64,000 nucleotides of DNA, taken from Candidatus Cloacimonadales bacterium. Its GTDB lineage: Bacteria; Cloacimonadota; Cloacimonadia; Cloacimonadales; DAONDQ01. This document shows, in pieces, positions 11,201 through 20,694 of this stretch (position 1 is the first letter of the stretch; every line of letters begins with the position of its first letter). Where the stretch lies: assembly GCA_963662275.1 (NCBI GenBank), contig OY759316.1:3008001-3072000 (forward strand). The letters are read 5' to 3'. The translations under genes were made by a program, and so were the position numbers. The notes under the pieces are model-generated. The model was given only the letters and a program-made list of their open reading frames with translations. It ran no database searches and was not told where the DNA came from.

Positions 11201-12677
11201 TATTAGTGATACAACATTTACCATCCAACCATCGATCAATGTTATTGCTCCAAACGGAGGTGAGTATCTGGTTATTGGAAATGTTTATCATATTCAGTGG
11301 AACGCAATTCCAGATATTTCCTCCGTTTCTATCGTATATTCTGTAGATAATGGTGCGAGTTGGATTCCTATTCAGGCTTCATCTTATCCAGCTTCGGCAG
11401 GAAGTTACGAATGGGTGATACCGAATACTACTTCGACACAATGTAGGATGAAAGTTCAAAATTTTGCTAATAATAATGTTTATGATACATCAGATAGCGT
11501 CTTTACCATTTCGGATGGGAATTTAGCTCCAATAGCGCAAATATCAGCCGATATCACTTCCGGAAATGCACCTTTGACAGTACATTTTACTGACCAATCT
11601 ATACATGGATCTTGTCCAATAACATCCTGGGATTGGGATTTCGGTGATAACACTCCTCATGCGAATACTCAGAATCCAACACATTTATATGCAAATAGAG
11701 GTATTTATTCAGTTTCATTAAGCGTATCTGGTGCTAATAACATATCTAACTCGATAACAGCAGCGAATCTGATTACTTTATCAAATCAAGCACCATATGT
11801 TTCAGAGCCATTGCCAGACATAATCGTAAACGAAGATTTTGCGACAATCTTCACTAATCTGAGCAGTAATTTTACTGATAACGACGGAGATATCCTAACG
11901 TATTCAGTTTCATTTGATTCAACGACTATTCATGCTAGTATTGTTAATAATACGCTTGAATTGTCATCTCTTCCGAATGTCAACGGGCACACAAATATCA
12001 TTATCACAGCTAATGATAATTATCAATTAGAGCGTTTGTTAAAATCCTCTAATTCTAAAAATCGCGATATCTGTACTTGCAGCTTTTCTGTAACTATCAA
12101 TCCCATTAATGATCCACCTCAAATTATCAGCTATTTACCAACGCAAACAACTTTTACCGTAGTGCAGAATGAAACTCAGAACTTCAGCATTAATGCCTTA
12201 GATATTGATAGTCAGATCAATTACCACTGGTATATAAATAATGTTGATCAGAGTATCAATACGAATGAGTTTGCCTACCAATTCACTCAAAACGATACAT
12301 ATCAGGTTAAAGCAGTTGCGTATGACAGTATATCTTCGGTTGAGCAATTATGGACAGTGACTGCTACTGTTGAGAATAATGACCCTCAAGTAACACCCTT
12401 GGAAACCAGGATGTATACTAATTACCCTAATCCGTTTAATCCGGAAACAACTATCAGGTATAGTTTAAAATCAACTGGATGGGTGAATATCTCGGTTTAT
12501 GATATTAAAGGGCAACTGCTAAGGATACTCACAAATAGTAATCAAAAACCTGGTCGTTATCATGTGATTTGGAATGGTCGAGATAACCATAATGATGCAG
12601 TTGCATCCGGTATTTATTATATTCAGATGAAAACAAACGAGGGGAATGATATAAGGAAGATAACACTAATCAAGTAA
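8274..12677 (+). CDS. Secreted FG-GAP/VCBS-repeat propeller protein with Ig-like repeats, PKD domain and FlgD-Ig/T9SS-like C-terminal domain
   Basis: Seven WGDYDNDGDLDILLTG-type repeats; PNGGE..ITW Ig repeats; WDFGD PKD motif; NYPNPFNP...ASGIYY tail. Confidence 0.9.
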   Translation: MMIREFISYLFKEHDLFLLFVIILSTPLSLLAQFTEINTNLPNVGISSAAWGDYDNDGDLDILLTGYEINIGVYSRVYRNNGNSTFTDIYAGLTPVQVGSVAWGDYDNDGDLDILLTGRTIDGVCISKIYRNNGNSTFTDINAGLTGVCYSSVAWGDYDNDGDLDILLTGAQGVFPNYNQVSKIYRNNGNSTFSSITVGLIAVHDGSVAWGDYDNDGDLDILLTGQSTGYEYNIKIYRNNGNNTFTEIAASQVIVSVAFSSVAWGDYDNDGDLDILITGGGFSLVYRNNGNSTFTNIGVGLTLTGVDNSSAAWGDYDNDGDLDILLTGYVQSDSTRIAKVFRNNGNSTFTNIGANLTGVSQGSVAWGDYDNDGDLDILLTGCFYNYNNNSWINLTKVYRNDITVQNTIPTVPSNLRLNTVGDYINFQWNAATDTQTPASGLNYTVRVGSTPGGNQISASMSNTTGYRLIPVKGNANGTCSWKIAASVLSNYNKFYWSVQAIDGAYAGSEFASEAIYQSIRVIAPYGGENWQTNSAKTVYWTAQPAISQVNILLSTNNGANWNTLNTSPVSAALGRFSFTVPSTVSNQCRIKVISTANNNLFDTSVNVFSISSNPGSSLSLTAPTNTKLQAGNIYNITWIANGIQNIKLEYTLDAGLNWNSIVSSLPASNGTYTWTVPNTPAATCYLRISGVTNPTVYDWSDEPFCIYNLQLTSPNGGNLFQAGSSQNITWSSAQIANVKLEYSQNNGSNWTQIIASTGASTGTYSWSVPNLAASQYIIRISDTTDSTINDFSDNIFTVVLLNITYPSAPSTKLRAGNLCNITWNQQGLSGTVKLELTTNNGSSYTSIATGINVSEGTYSWLIPDISSLNCKIRITSELYGLILDSSDNNFTICRLILNTPNGSEIWSSGSVHTISWTSIYILALKLEYSLTNSNNWIQIAPTISASLGSYSWTVPAVNSNLCRVRISDVTFPQILDISDTTFTIQPSINVIAPNGGEYLVIGNVYHIQWNAIPDISSVSIVYSVDNGASWIPIQASSYPASAGSYEWVIPNTTSTQCRMKVQNFANNNVYDTSDSVFTISDGNLAPIAQISADITSGNAPLTVHFTDQSIHGSCPITSWDWDFGDNTPHANTQNPTHLYANRGIYSVSLSVSGANNISNSITAANLITLSNQAPYVSEPLPDIIVNEDFATIFTNLSSNFTDNDGDILTYSVSFDSTTIHASIVNNTLELSSLPNVNGHTNIIITANDNYQLERLLKSSNSKNRDICTCSFSVTINPINDPPQIISYLPTQTTFTVVQNETQNFSINALDIDSQINYHWYINNVDQSINTNEFAYQFTQNDTYQVKAVAYDSISSVEQLWTVTATVENNDPQVTPLETRMYTNYPNPFNPETTIRYSLKSTGWVNISVYDIKGQLLRILTNSNQKPGRYHVIWNGRDNHNDAVASGIYYIQMKTNEGNDIRKITLIK

Positions 12678-13113
12678 TAACGCTGTAAGTTAAAAATAAT
12701 CCAGAATGGAAAAATTGAATGCTATCTTCCAGATAAGAAGATTCTTTTTTCACACTTTATGAGCATGTCAAGATTTCTGTATTTTCTTGAATACCTGCTA
12801 AAAGAGTAAATTGACTTTACATGAAAGCTAATAGACGGTTCATAGAGTGATTTCGACGAAGGAGAAATTGTATCGAAATGAACTGATATTGCCCTCATAA
12901 CTGTAATGTCCTCTCCTCGATACAAATAGATAAATCAATTCACTCGGAGAACTCAGCTTTCATCCCCGCTAGCGAAAATCCTTTTCAGGGAAGTTCAGAA
13001 GCAACCTTATCTGTTAAATTCAACTTCGTAGAAAGCCCAATCATTCCCCAAAGAGCCTACCTATATCAATGCAAATTGTAAGCAAGCATAATCCAGTCTC
13101 CTTCCAATGTCGC

Positions 13114-13179
13114 GAAACAGGAATGAAACAGGTATGAAATTGGTATGAACCTGGATTGAACTTTGTATGCTCTTTGTGG
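13114..13179 (+). repeat. Degenerate 11-bp tandem repeat (GAAACAGGTAT, ~6 copies)
   Basis: gaaacaggaat gaaacaggtat gaaattggtat gaacctggatt gaactttgtat. Confidence 0.6.
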
Positions 13180-13295
13180 AGTTTTAAATAATTTCTGGAC
13201 AATATTCATATTTTCTCCTTGACTCTGTTTAAAATCATACATATAAAGATTTCAGTTAGATGAATAAATCAATATTCTCAACCCTTGGAGGAAAA

Positions 13296-15911
13296 ATGAA
13301 AGTCATGATTTTTACTCTATCTTGTTTATTCTTGATATTTCCATTATTAGCAATTCAGGTTTCCGGTAATCAAAGCGGGACTTGGACAGTTGAAAATAGT
13401 CCCTATATAATGATAGGAGATGTAACTGTCTCTTCAGGACAAACTCTTACTGTTGATCCGGGAGTTACTGTTTTGTCTCAAGGTAACTATCAAATTACTG
13501 TCCAGGGTTTGCTGTTAGCATCCGGTACCCAGGCAGATTCTATTCTCTTTGGTATTTCTGCTGATAATACTGGTGGTATTTGGCAAGGTATCAGATTGGA
13601 GAATGTCACCGGGACAGATGAATTACATTACTGTGATATTCGTTATGCTGAAACCGGGGTCAATGTCATAGCTGCACAAGCAGTTATTATGAACTGTCAC
13701 TTTTATGGTAATAAGAAAGGAATCAACTGCTTTGGTATCGGTTCAGATGATCCTTCTTCCATAATGATTTCGCGCTGTAATATCGAATACAGCAAGGAAA
13801 ATGCTATTTATATTGTAGAACACCGTAATGTTTCCGTTATTGATTGTGATATCTCCAATAATGGTGTAGCTTCATCATTCAGAGCAGCTATCCATCTTAG
13901 TATTCAATCTGCCGGAGCGAACTGCAGTCCTTTCATTGAAAACAATCATATTCACCATAACCGCTGGCAGGGGATCACAGCTGCCGATACTTTTGTGCAG
14001 GGTACAATGGAACCCCAGATAACCAATAATAACATTGAGTATAATTATACAGGTATTTATTTACTGAACTCTGATGGACAAGTTCAGCATAACGACATCA
14101 CAAATAACTTTATCCCCGGCAATATGAATTCCGGTGCCGGCGTTATGGTGAGTGGGGCTTCTTCCACACCGATGTTCTATGATAACGTAATAACCGGCAA
14201 CTATACAGGCTTTTACCTGGCTAGTAACGCCAATCCATGTATCGGTGATCTCAGTGAAGACGTTATTACTTATTGGGGCAGAAATACGATCAGTAACAAT
14301 ATTGATGCCAATGGAACCCTTCATAGCATATATCTCTACCAGTATACGAATGCTGCTATTGTTGTGAAAGCAGAAAATAACGATTGGGGAACTGAGGATA
14401 CTTTAGCAATTGCACTATCCATTCAAGATCATGCAGATGATCCGGCACTGGGAATAGTTGATTTTATGCCGATTTCGAACGGAACACCTGTTCAGTCTAT
14501 TAGCGGGAGAATTTACCCTCTCGAAGGAATGATTTCTTGCGAAGTCCGTGCAATTTCTGTCAGCAATCCTAATGATTTCGTTTCCGTCATGATGAACCAG
14601 AATCATACATATATGATTCCTCTTGAAAATCCTGGTGTGTATTATGTGACAGCTTACGGTTATATGTTTGAAGACATCAATCCTTCCATATTTAGTGCTT
14701 ATGGAGATACCTATGAACCACAACCTGTGGATGTCTGGCTCACTTCACATGTGGAGAATATTAATATCATTATGCATGACTTGCCAGAGTATTTGTATTC
14801 AAAAGTTGGTGCTTCATTCCAGCAGGATAACCTGACGCTGTTTCCCCTTCAGCAAGGTCGTTTTGTCACACCAATCCCATATATCACTAATCTGTATAAG
14901 GATAATACAAGCGGAAATATCAAAATTCATTCTTTCTCTTTCAGTACAGGTAATCCCATCGTTCTAACAGATAATAACATTCTTGTCCCTGTAGATGTGA
15001 TGAATTATGGACAAACTTGGAGTTCATCAAGAATGATCTATAATGAAGATATATGGGAATGGCAATTAGCCCAAGTTACAAGCACCGTGGTGGGAAATGA
15101 AAATTTATTGTTCAATGACAATATAATCAATTGCTGGATTGTTGAAAACAGTAATGCAAGTAATGAGATTATCAGTAAGGAATGGTACGCATTAACTATG
15201 GGATTAATGAAAGCTGTTTACTACGATGCACCATTTATGAATCATACAAAGTTCGTACAATACATGTTTGCTGGAGTCGAGAATTCTTATCTGCCACTCG
15301 CTTCAGGTAACCAATGGTTCTATTTCTTTGAACAGCCATCAACTCCGACAGAATTAGTATGTATGCCTGGAAATGCCACTAATTTCTTCTCCTGGGAACC
15401 ACCAATCCAGGGAGGAGAAACTCCATGGACACATTACAAGTTCTATGAAGATGATGTCATACTGGCTCAATTGCCTATTGAACAGCCAAATTACGGCGTG
15501 TTGCAGGATTTCTATCATACGCATCGTTATTATGTTACAGCCTGGAGAGAAGGTTGGGAATCCAGTCCCAGTAATATTGTCATAATCGACGGTGTACCCA
15601 ATTCAGACAACATTGAAACACCAATGGTTTCCAAATTATCCATATATCCGAATCCATGTAATATGTCACAATCAAATATGAATATCAAGTTTAACTTGCA
15701 GAAAACCGAATCTGCAACTATCTTAATCTATAATGTTCGTGGACAAAAAGTCAGAACCCTTCATTTCGATTCTTTAGCCAAGGGTTCACAGACGATTACC
15801 TGGGACGATAGGAATGATGATCATAAACAAGTTGTTGATGGTGTGTATCTTGTGAAGATGGATTTGAATAAGCAATCAGTTACACAAAAGGTCGTTTTAC
15901 AAGTTAAATAG
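13296..15911 (+). CDS. Secreted beta-helix protein with FlgD-Ig/T9SS-like CTD, paralog 1
   Basis: GGAGG RBS before ATG 13296; signal peptide; SG.QSGTWT..SPY start; IYPNP..GVYLVK tail. Confidence 0.85.
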   Translation: MKVMIFTLSCLFLIFPLLAIQVSGNQSGTWTVENSPYIMIGDVTVSSGQTLTVDPGVTVLSQGNYQITVQGLLLASGTQADSILFGISADNTGGIWQGIRLENVTGTDELHYCDIRYAETGVNVIAAQAVIMNCHFYGNKKGINCFGIGSDDPSSIMISRCNIEYSKENAIYIVEHRNVSVIDCDISNNGVASSFRAAIHLSIQSAGANCSPFIENNHIHHNRWQGITAADTFVQGTMEPQITNNNIEYNYTGIYLLNSDGQVQHNDITNNFIPGNMNSGAGVMVSGASSTPMFYDNVITGNYTGFYLASNANPCIGDLSEDVITYWGRNTISNNIDANGTLHSIYLYQYTNAAIVVKAENNDWGTEDTLAIALSIQDHADDPALGIVDFMPISNGTPVQSISGRIYPLEGMISCEVRAISVSNPNDFVSVMMNQNHTYMIPLENPGVYYVTAYGYMFEDINPSIFSAYGDTYEPQPVDVWLTSHVENINIIMHDLPEYLYSKVGASFQQDNLTLFPLQQGRFVTPIPYITNLYKDNTSGNIKIHSFSFSTGNPIVLTDNNILVPVDVMNYGQTWSSSRMIYNEDIWEWQLAQVTSTVVGNENLLFNDNIINCWIVENSNASNEIISKEWYALTMGLMKAVYYDAPFMNHTKFVQYMFAGVENSYLPLASGNQWFYFFEQPSTPTELVCMPGNATNFFSWEPPIQGGETPWTHYKFYEDDVILAQLPIEQPNYGVLQDFYHTHRYYVTAWREGWESSPSNIVIIDGVPNSDNIETPMVSKLSIYPNPCNMSQSNMNIKFNLQKTESATILIYNVRGQKVRTLHFDSLAKGSQTITWDDRNDDHKQVVDGVYLVKMDLNKQSVTQKVVLQVK

Positions 15912-15933
15912 AAAACTCCCGCTTGGAGGAATA

Positions 15934-18552
15934 ATGAAAGCAATGTTTTTTATCCTATTTTGCCTGATTCTAGTTGTCCCTATGATAGCTACACAGGTTT
16001 CCGGTACCCAAAGCGGAACATGGACAGTTACAGACAACCCGTACATTCTAATCAGTGATGTAACTGTTCCGGCAGGTCAATCCCTGATTTTAAACCCGGG
16101 AGTCATTGTTCAGTCACAGGGGAACTATCAGATCATCGTACAAGGGTTGCTTTCAGCAATAGGTAGCCAAGCGGATACCATTCGCTTCAGTATTACTTCT
16201 GATAATGCGGGTAATATCTGGAAAGGATTGAGATTCGAAAACCTAACGGGAATGAATGAGCTGTCCTTTTGTGATATCCGTTTTGCAGAGAATGGTGCGA
16301 ATATCATTTCAGCACCTGTTAGTATCACGGATTGTCATTTCTACGGTAATACAATTGGAATCAACTGCTCTGGCATCGGGTATCCACAACCAGCCCCAGT
16401 AATAATCACTCGCTGTCTAATAGAATATAGTAAAAATAATGGTATTTTCATTGTAGAAAATCACGAAGTTCTGATCACTGATTGTAATATTTCAAATAAT
16501 GGGGTGGAATCAACTTATCAAGGCGCTATCCAGCTCAGTATTCAATCAAACGGTGCAGATTGCAGCCCAAGGATTCGATCCAATCATATACATCATAACC
16601 GTTGGCAAGGAATCACAGGTTTGGATTCTACTGGACAAGGAATTATGCAGCCCGTCATTTCTGACAATATCATTGAGTATAATTATTCAGGTATTTATCT
16701 GCTGAATGCTGATGGGCAAGTGCTAAATAACCAGATTTGCAACAACTTTATACCTGGTAATATGAATTCCGGTGCTGGTATCATGGTGGGAGGAGCTGCT
16801 TCAGCTCCTTTAATCTATCGAAATACAATCACCGGTAATTATCAGGGTATTTACTTGGCAAACAATGCCAATCCCTGTATTGGTGACCTCACTGAGGATG
16901 TTCTATCGTTTTGGGGACGAAACACAATTAGTAACAATATCGATGCGAATGGCACTCTTCGTAGTATCGTGCTATATCAGTATACAGATTCTTCAATCCT
17001 TGTAAAAGCAGAAAATAACTCATGGGGAACTGAGGATACTTTGGCAATTGCGCAATCCATCACTGATCATGCCGATAACCCGACATTAGGGACTGTAGAT
17101 TTTATGCCCTTGGAAACTCCCGGTCCCCTACAGTCGATTAGCGGTATAATAACACCTATTGAAGGTATGTTGGGTTGCCAGATTGTCGCAGTACCAGTCA
17201 ATGATCCAACGAATATTATTACCACCCAAATGAACGTTGATCATACATATCAAATACCTCTTGAAAGCCCTGGAGTATATTATGTGACTGCGTATGGAAA
17301 TAGGTTTGAAGATATTATACCTTCCATGTGTGGAACTTATGGGAATATCTTTGATCCTCAAGCAGTTGAAATTTGGTTATTGGATCATGCCCAGAATATT
17401 GATATTACAATGCACCCTTTTCCAGCTTATATGTTTAGCAGGATGGGAGCTTCCTTTCAACAGGATAATCTAACAGTTTTTCCATTCTTACAAGGAATTT
17501 TCGTCACTCCTAACCCCATTGTAATGAACTTATTTGAAGACAACACCACATCAAATATTCTAATTCATTCCTTTACGGATAGTTCAAGCAATCCACCAAA
17601 TACTATCACACTGACATCAAATAATGTTTTAATACCCAAGGATAATATTGAGATTGGAGATTCATGGGCTTCAAGCAGGATGATCAGTAATAATGAAGAA
17701 AGTGTCTATGAACTCATAAATGTCAACTGCACTGTGACCGGCGCAGAGAATATCTTATTCAATGATGTTAGTTATCAGACTTGGATCATTGAAACTCGAA
17801 CGCAGGAGAACGCACTCTTCAGCACGGAATGGTATGCTTTTAACCTCGGAGTAATGCGTGCAAAGTTTTATCATGGACCTTTCATTGTTTATAAAATGAA
17901 CCTGCAAAGTGGACTTACAATTTCTAATGACTCTTACATGCCTCTTATAGAAGGGAATAAGTGGTTCTATCAGTATACCATGCCTATTGTTCCAAACGAA
18001 TTAACCTATATGCCTGGTGATGCAACAAACTTCTTTTCCTGGGAACCACCAACTCAGGGTGAGGTACCTTGGACACACTATAAGTTCTATGAAGATGATG
18101 TGATGCTTGCACAATTGCCGATAACACAAACTAATTATGGTGTACTGCAGGATTTCTATCATACGCATCGTTATTATGTTACTGCTTGGAGAGAAGGTTG
18201 GGAATCCAGTCCAAGTAATATTGTCACAATTGAAGGTGTACCCAATTCAGATGACACTGAAACTCCAATCTTATCCAAGTTATCAATATATCCGAATCCA
18301 TGCAATTTGTCTTCAACGAATATGAACATTAAGTTCAACATGCAGAAAACAGAACCAGCAACCATGACGATTTATAATATACGTGGTCAGAAAGTCAGAA
18401 CACTTCATTTCAATTCTTTAGCCAAGGGTTCACAGACGATTACCTGGGACGGCAGGAATGATGATCATAAACAAGTTGTTGATGGTGTGTATCTTGTGAA
18501 GATGGATTTGAATAAAAAGTCAATTACACAGAAGGTGGTGTTGATTAAGTAG
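15934..18552 (+). CDS. Secreted beta-helix protein with FlgD-Ig/T9SS-like CTD, paralog 2
   Basis: Colinear full-length similarity to 13296..15911; GGAGG RBS. Confidence 0.85.
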   Translation: MKAMFFILFCLILVVPMIATQVSGTQSGTWTVTDNPYILISDVTVPAGQSLILNPGVIVQSQGNYQIIVQGLLSAIGSQADTIRFSITSDNAGNIWKGLRFENLTGMNELSFCDIRFAENGANIISAPVSITDCHFYGNTIGINCSGIGYPQPAPVIITRCLIEYSKNNGIFIVENHEVLITDCNISNNGVESTYQGAIQLSIQSNGADCSPRIRSNHIHHNRWQGITGLDSTGQGIMQPVISDNIIEYNYSGIYLLNADGQVLNNQICNNFIPGNMNSGAGIMVGGAASAPLIYRNTITGNYQGIYLANNANPCIGDLTEDVLSFWGRNTISNNIDANGTLRSIVLYQYTDSSILVKAENNSWGTEDTLAIAQSITDHADNPTLGTVDFMPLETPGPLQSISGIITPIEGMLGCQIVAVPVNDPTNIITTQMNVDHTYQIPLESPGVYYVTAYGNRFEDIIPSMCGTYGNIFDPQAVEIWLLDHAQNIDITMHPFPAYMFSRMGASFQQDNLTVFPFLQGIFVTPNPIVMNLFEDNTTSNILIHSFTDSSSNPPNTITLTSNNVLIPKDNIEIGDSWASSRMISNNEESVYELINVNCTVTGAENILFNDVSYQTWIIETRTQENALFSTEWYAFNLGVMRAKFYHGPFIVYKMNLQSGLTISNDSYMPLIEGNKWFYQYTMPIVPNELTYMPGDATNFFSWEPPTQGEVPWTHYKFYEDDVMLAQLPITQTNYGVLQDFYHTHRYYVTAWREGWESSPSNIVTIEGVPNSDDTETPILSKLSIYPNPCNLSSTNMNIKFNMQKTEPATMTIYNIRGQKVRTLHFNSLAKGSQTITWDGRNDDHKQVVDGVYLVKMDLNKKSITQKVVLIK

Positions 18553-18554
18553 AT

Positions 18555-19129
18555 TCGTAGGGGTCCGCGTCAGCAGACCCGTTATCAATTAAAGCTCGTT
18601 AGGTCTGAATCGTAGGGGTCAGCGTCAGCAGACCCGTTATCAATTAAAGCTCGTTAGGTCTGAATCGTAGGGGTCCGCGTCAGCAGACCCGTTAAAAATT
18701 AAAGCTCGTAGGTCTGAATCGTAGGGGTCAGCGTCAGCAGACCCGTTATCAATTAAAGCTCGTTAGGTCTGAATCGTAGGGGTCCGCGTCAGCAGACCCG
18801 TTATCAATTAAAGCTCGTTAGGTCTGAATCGTAGGGGTCAGCGTCAGCAGACCCGTTATCAATTAAAGCTCGTTAGGTCTGAATCGTAGGGGTCCGTGTC
18901 AGCAGACCCGTTATCAATTAAAGCTCGTTAGGTCTGAATCGTAGGGGTCAGCGTCAGCAGACCCGTTATCAATTAAAGCTCGTTAGGTCTGAATCGTAGG
19001 GGTCAGCGTCAGCAGACCCGTTATCAATTAAAGCTCGTTAGGTCTGAATCGTAGGGGGCTGCGTCAGAAGACCCGATTTCTTTTACCATTTGCACTCTTT
19101 TAACGGGTCTGCTGACGCGGACCCCTACG
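18555..19129 (+). repeat. Tandem array of GTAG-type REP units (55 bp x9 plus a partial 10th) followed by one inverted REP
   Basis: Unit TCGTAGGGGTC(C/A)GCGTCAGCAGACCCGTTATCAATTAAAGCTCGTTAGGTCTGAA; inverted copy at 19101-19129. Confidence 0.95.
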
Positions 19130-19156
19130 CTGCAACAACTTTTATGGAGGGTTGAC

Positions 19157-19684
19157 GTGAGTTATGATTATTATAGTAATCGACATTCAGTTCGTTTACG
19201 AGGTTATGATTATGCTCAAAATGGTGCATATTATGTGACTATTTGTGCATATGAGAAGCAAAAACTTTTTGGTGAAATCCGCAACAACATTATGAATGTT
19301 AACGATCTTGGGGCTATATTAGAAGAAGAATGGTACAAAGTAGCTCAAATAAGAAATTATATGATTTTGGATGATTACATCGTGATGCCTAATCACTTTC
19401 ATGGAATCTTTTTCATTAGCAATGATAGTAATATCCAACTGCCTTATCATGAAGATGACAAACCTATACTATATCAAAATTCATTGGGTTCTATAATTGG
19501 AGGTTTTAAAGCGGCAGTTACCAGACATTGTAGAATCATATTAAATAGTCCAAAACAAGAGATCTGGCAACGTAGTTTCTATGATCATATTATACGTAAT
19601 GAAGATGATTTGAACCATTGCAGAGAATATATTATACAAAATCCAGCCAATTGGAATAAAGACGAAATGTTCATGAAATCGTAG
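19157..19684 (+). CDS. REP-associated tyrosine transposase (RAYT, Y1 HUH family)
   Basis: R.SVRL.GYDY, YYVTIC, VMPNHFHGI (HUH), WQRSFYDHIIR, YI..NP; flanked by REPs. Confidence 0.9.
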   Translation: MSYDYYSNRHSVRLRGYDYAQNGAYYVTICAYEKQKLFGEIRNNIMNVNDLGAILEEEWYKVAQIRNYMILDDYIVMPNHFHGIFFISNDSNIQLPYHEDDKPILYQNSLGSIIGGFKAAVTRHCRIILNSPKQEIWQRSFYDHIIRNEDDLNHCREYIIQNPANWNKDEMFMKS

Positions 19685-19760
19685 GGGTTCGCATCAGCAG
19701 ACCCGTTCCACGAGTATAAATGGCAAAAGAAATCGGGTCTGCTGACGCGGACTCCTACGA
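19679..19760. repeat. Inverted REP doublet downstream of the RAYT
   Basis: TCGTAGGGGTTCGCATCAGCAGACCCG ... CGGGTCTGCTGACGCGGACTCCTACGA. Confidence 0.9.
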
Positions 19761-19768
19761 AGCAATGT

Positions 19769-20566
19769 TTACAATTTGTAAAACTCTGTTCTTCTATCTG
19801 CAAAAGCGTCATTGTACTTTGTAACCTGTTTATCCAATGCAATACTAGGATCTATTTCTATAATTACATGTTCTTCTTTATCTTCTGAAAGACGAGTCAA
19901 TATCTCGCCTTTTGTAGATATCACCTGGCTCATACCCGTAAAATACATTTCTTTCACACCATTTACTTCTTTTCCTATACGATTGCAGGTGATGCTGAAC
20001 ACCCTATTTTCAAGAGAACGTGTTAACATCGATTGCTGGCACCAAGGCAGAACAAGATTGGAAGGATGGCAGATGATCTGTGCTCCCTTCAAGGCAAGTG
20101 TTCGGGCTGCTTCGGGGAATTGCCAGTCAAAACAAATCATGAGTCCTACTTTCACTCCATTCTTAGCTTCGAAGATGGGAAAGCCGGTATCACCAGGAAG
20201 GAAGAACTGCTTTTCTTCAAAAAAGAGATGTGTCTTTCGATATATATATATCTTCCCATCAGGATTCACTAACATAGCTGAATTGAATACACCATTCAAA
20301 GTCCTTTCCGGAAAGCCAATTACATAGCTCGTATTCTTAACTTTGGAAAACTTCCTCAAGAGAATAGCTGTCTGTCCTGTGAAAGTATCTTCCGCTATAT
20401 CATTGACTTCCTGCTGATTGGCAAAGACATAACCGGAAGTTGCCAATTCAGGCAGTACAACCAAGTCTGCTTCTATCTTTGAAAGCATTTCTTCTATCTT
20501 GTTAAGATTGAAATTCCTGTTATTCAGAATAGGTTGGAATTGGCATACGGCAACACGATAATTCAT
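19769..20566 (-). CDS. Carbon-nitrogen hydrolase (nitrilase/amidase family)
   Basis: VLPEL, YRKTHLF, ICFDW catalytic E-K-C motifs; likely start MNYRVAV after AGGAG. Confidence 0.9.
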   Translation of the reverse strand: MNYRVAVCQFQPILNNRNFNLNKIEEMLSKIEADLVVLPELATSGYVFANQQEVNDIAEDTFTGQTAILLRKFSKVKNTSYVIGFPERTLNGVFNSAMLVNPDGKIYIYRKTHLFFEEKQFFLPGDTGFPIFEAKNGVKVGLMICFDWQFPEAARTLALKGAQIICHPSNLVLPWCQQSMLTRSLENRVFSITCNRIGKEVNGVKEMYFTGMSQVISTKGEILTRLSEDKEEHVIIEIDPSIALDKQVTKYNDAFADRRTEFYKL

Positions 20567-20694
20567 ATTTTCTCCTAAAATTTGTAGCAACAACTTCAGT
20601 CGTTGGAAAAACTGCTTCAGCTGTTTTAGGGTTTTAACCCATTGAAATGGGTAACGGTTTGATAAATCAAACCGTACGTTGACTAAAGTCAACG

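Noticed and set aside
18555..19075. CRISPR array
   Set aside because: The sequence between palindromes is essentially identical (no unique spacers), there are no cas genes, and the GTAG-REP/RAYT context explains it.
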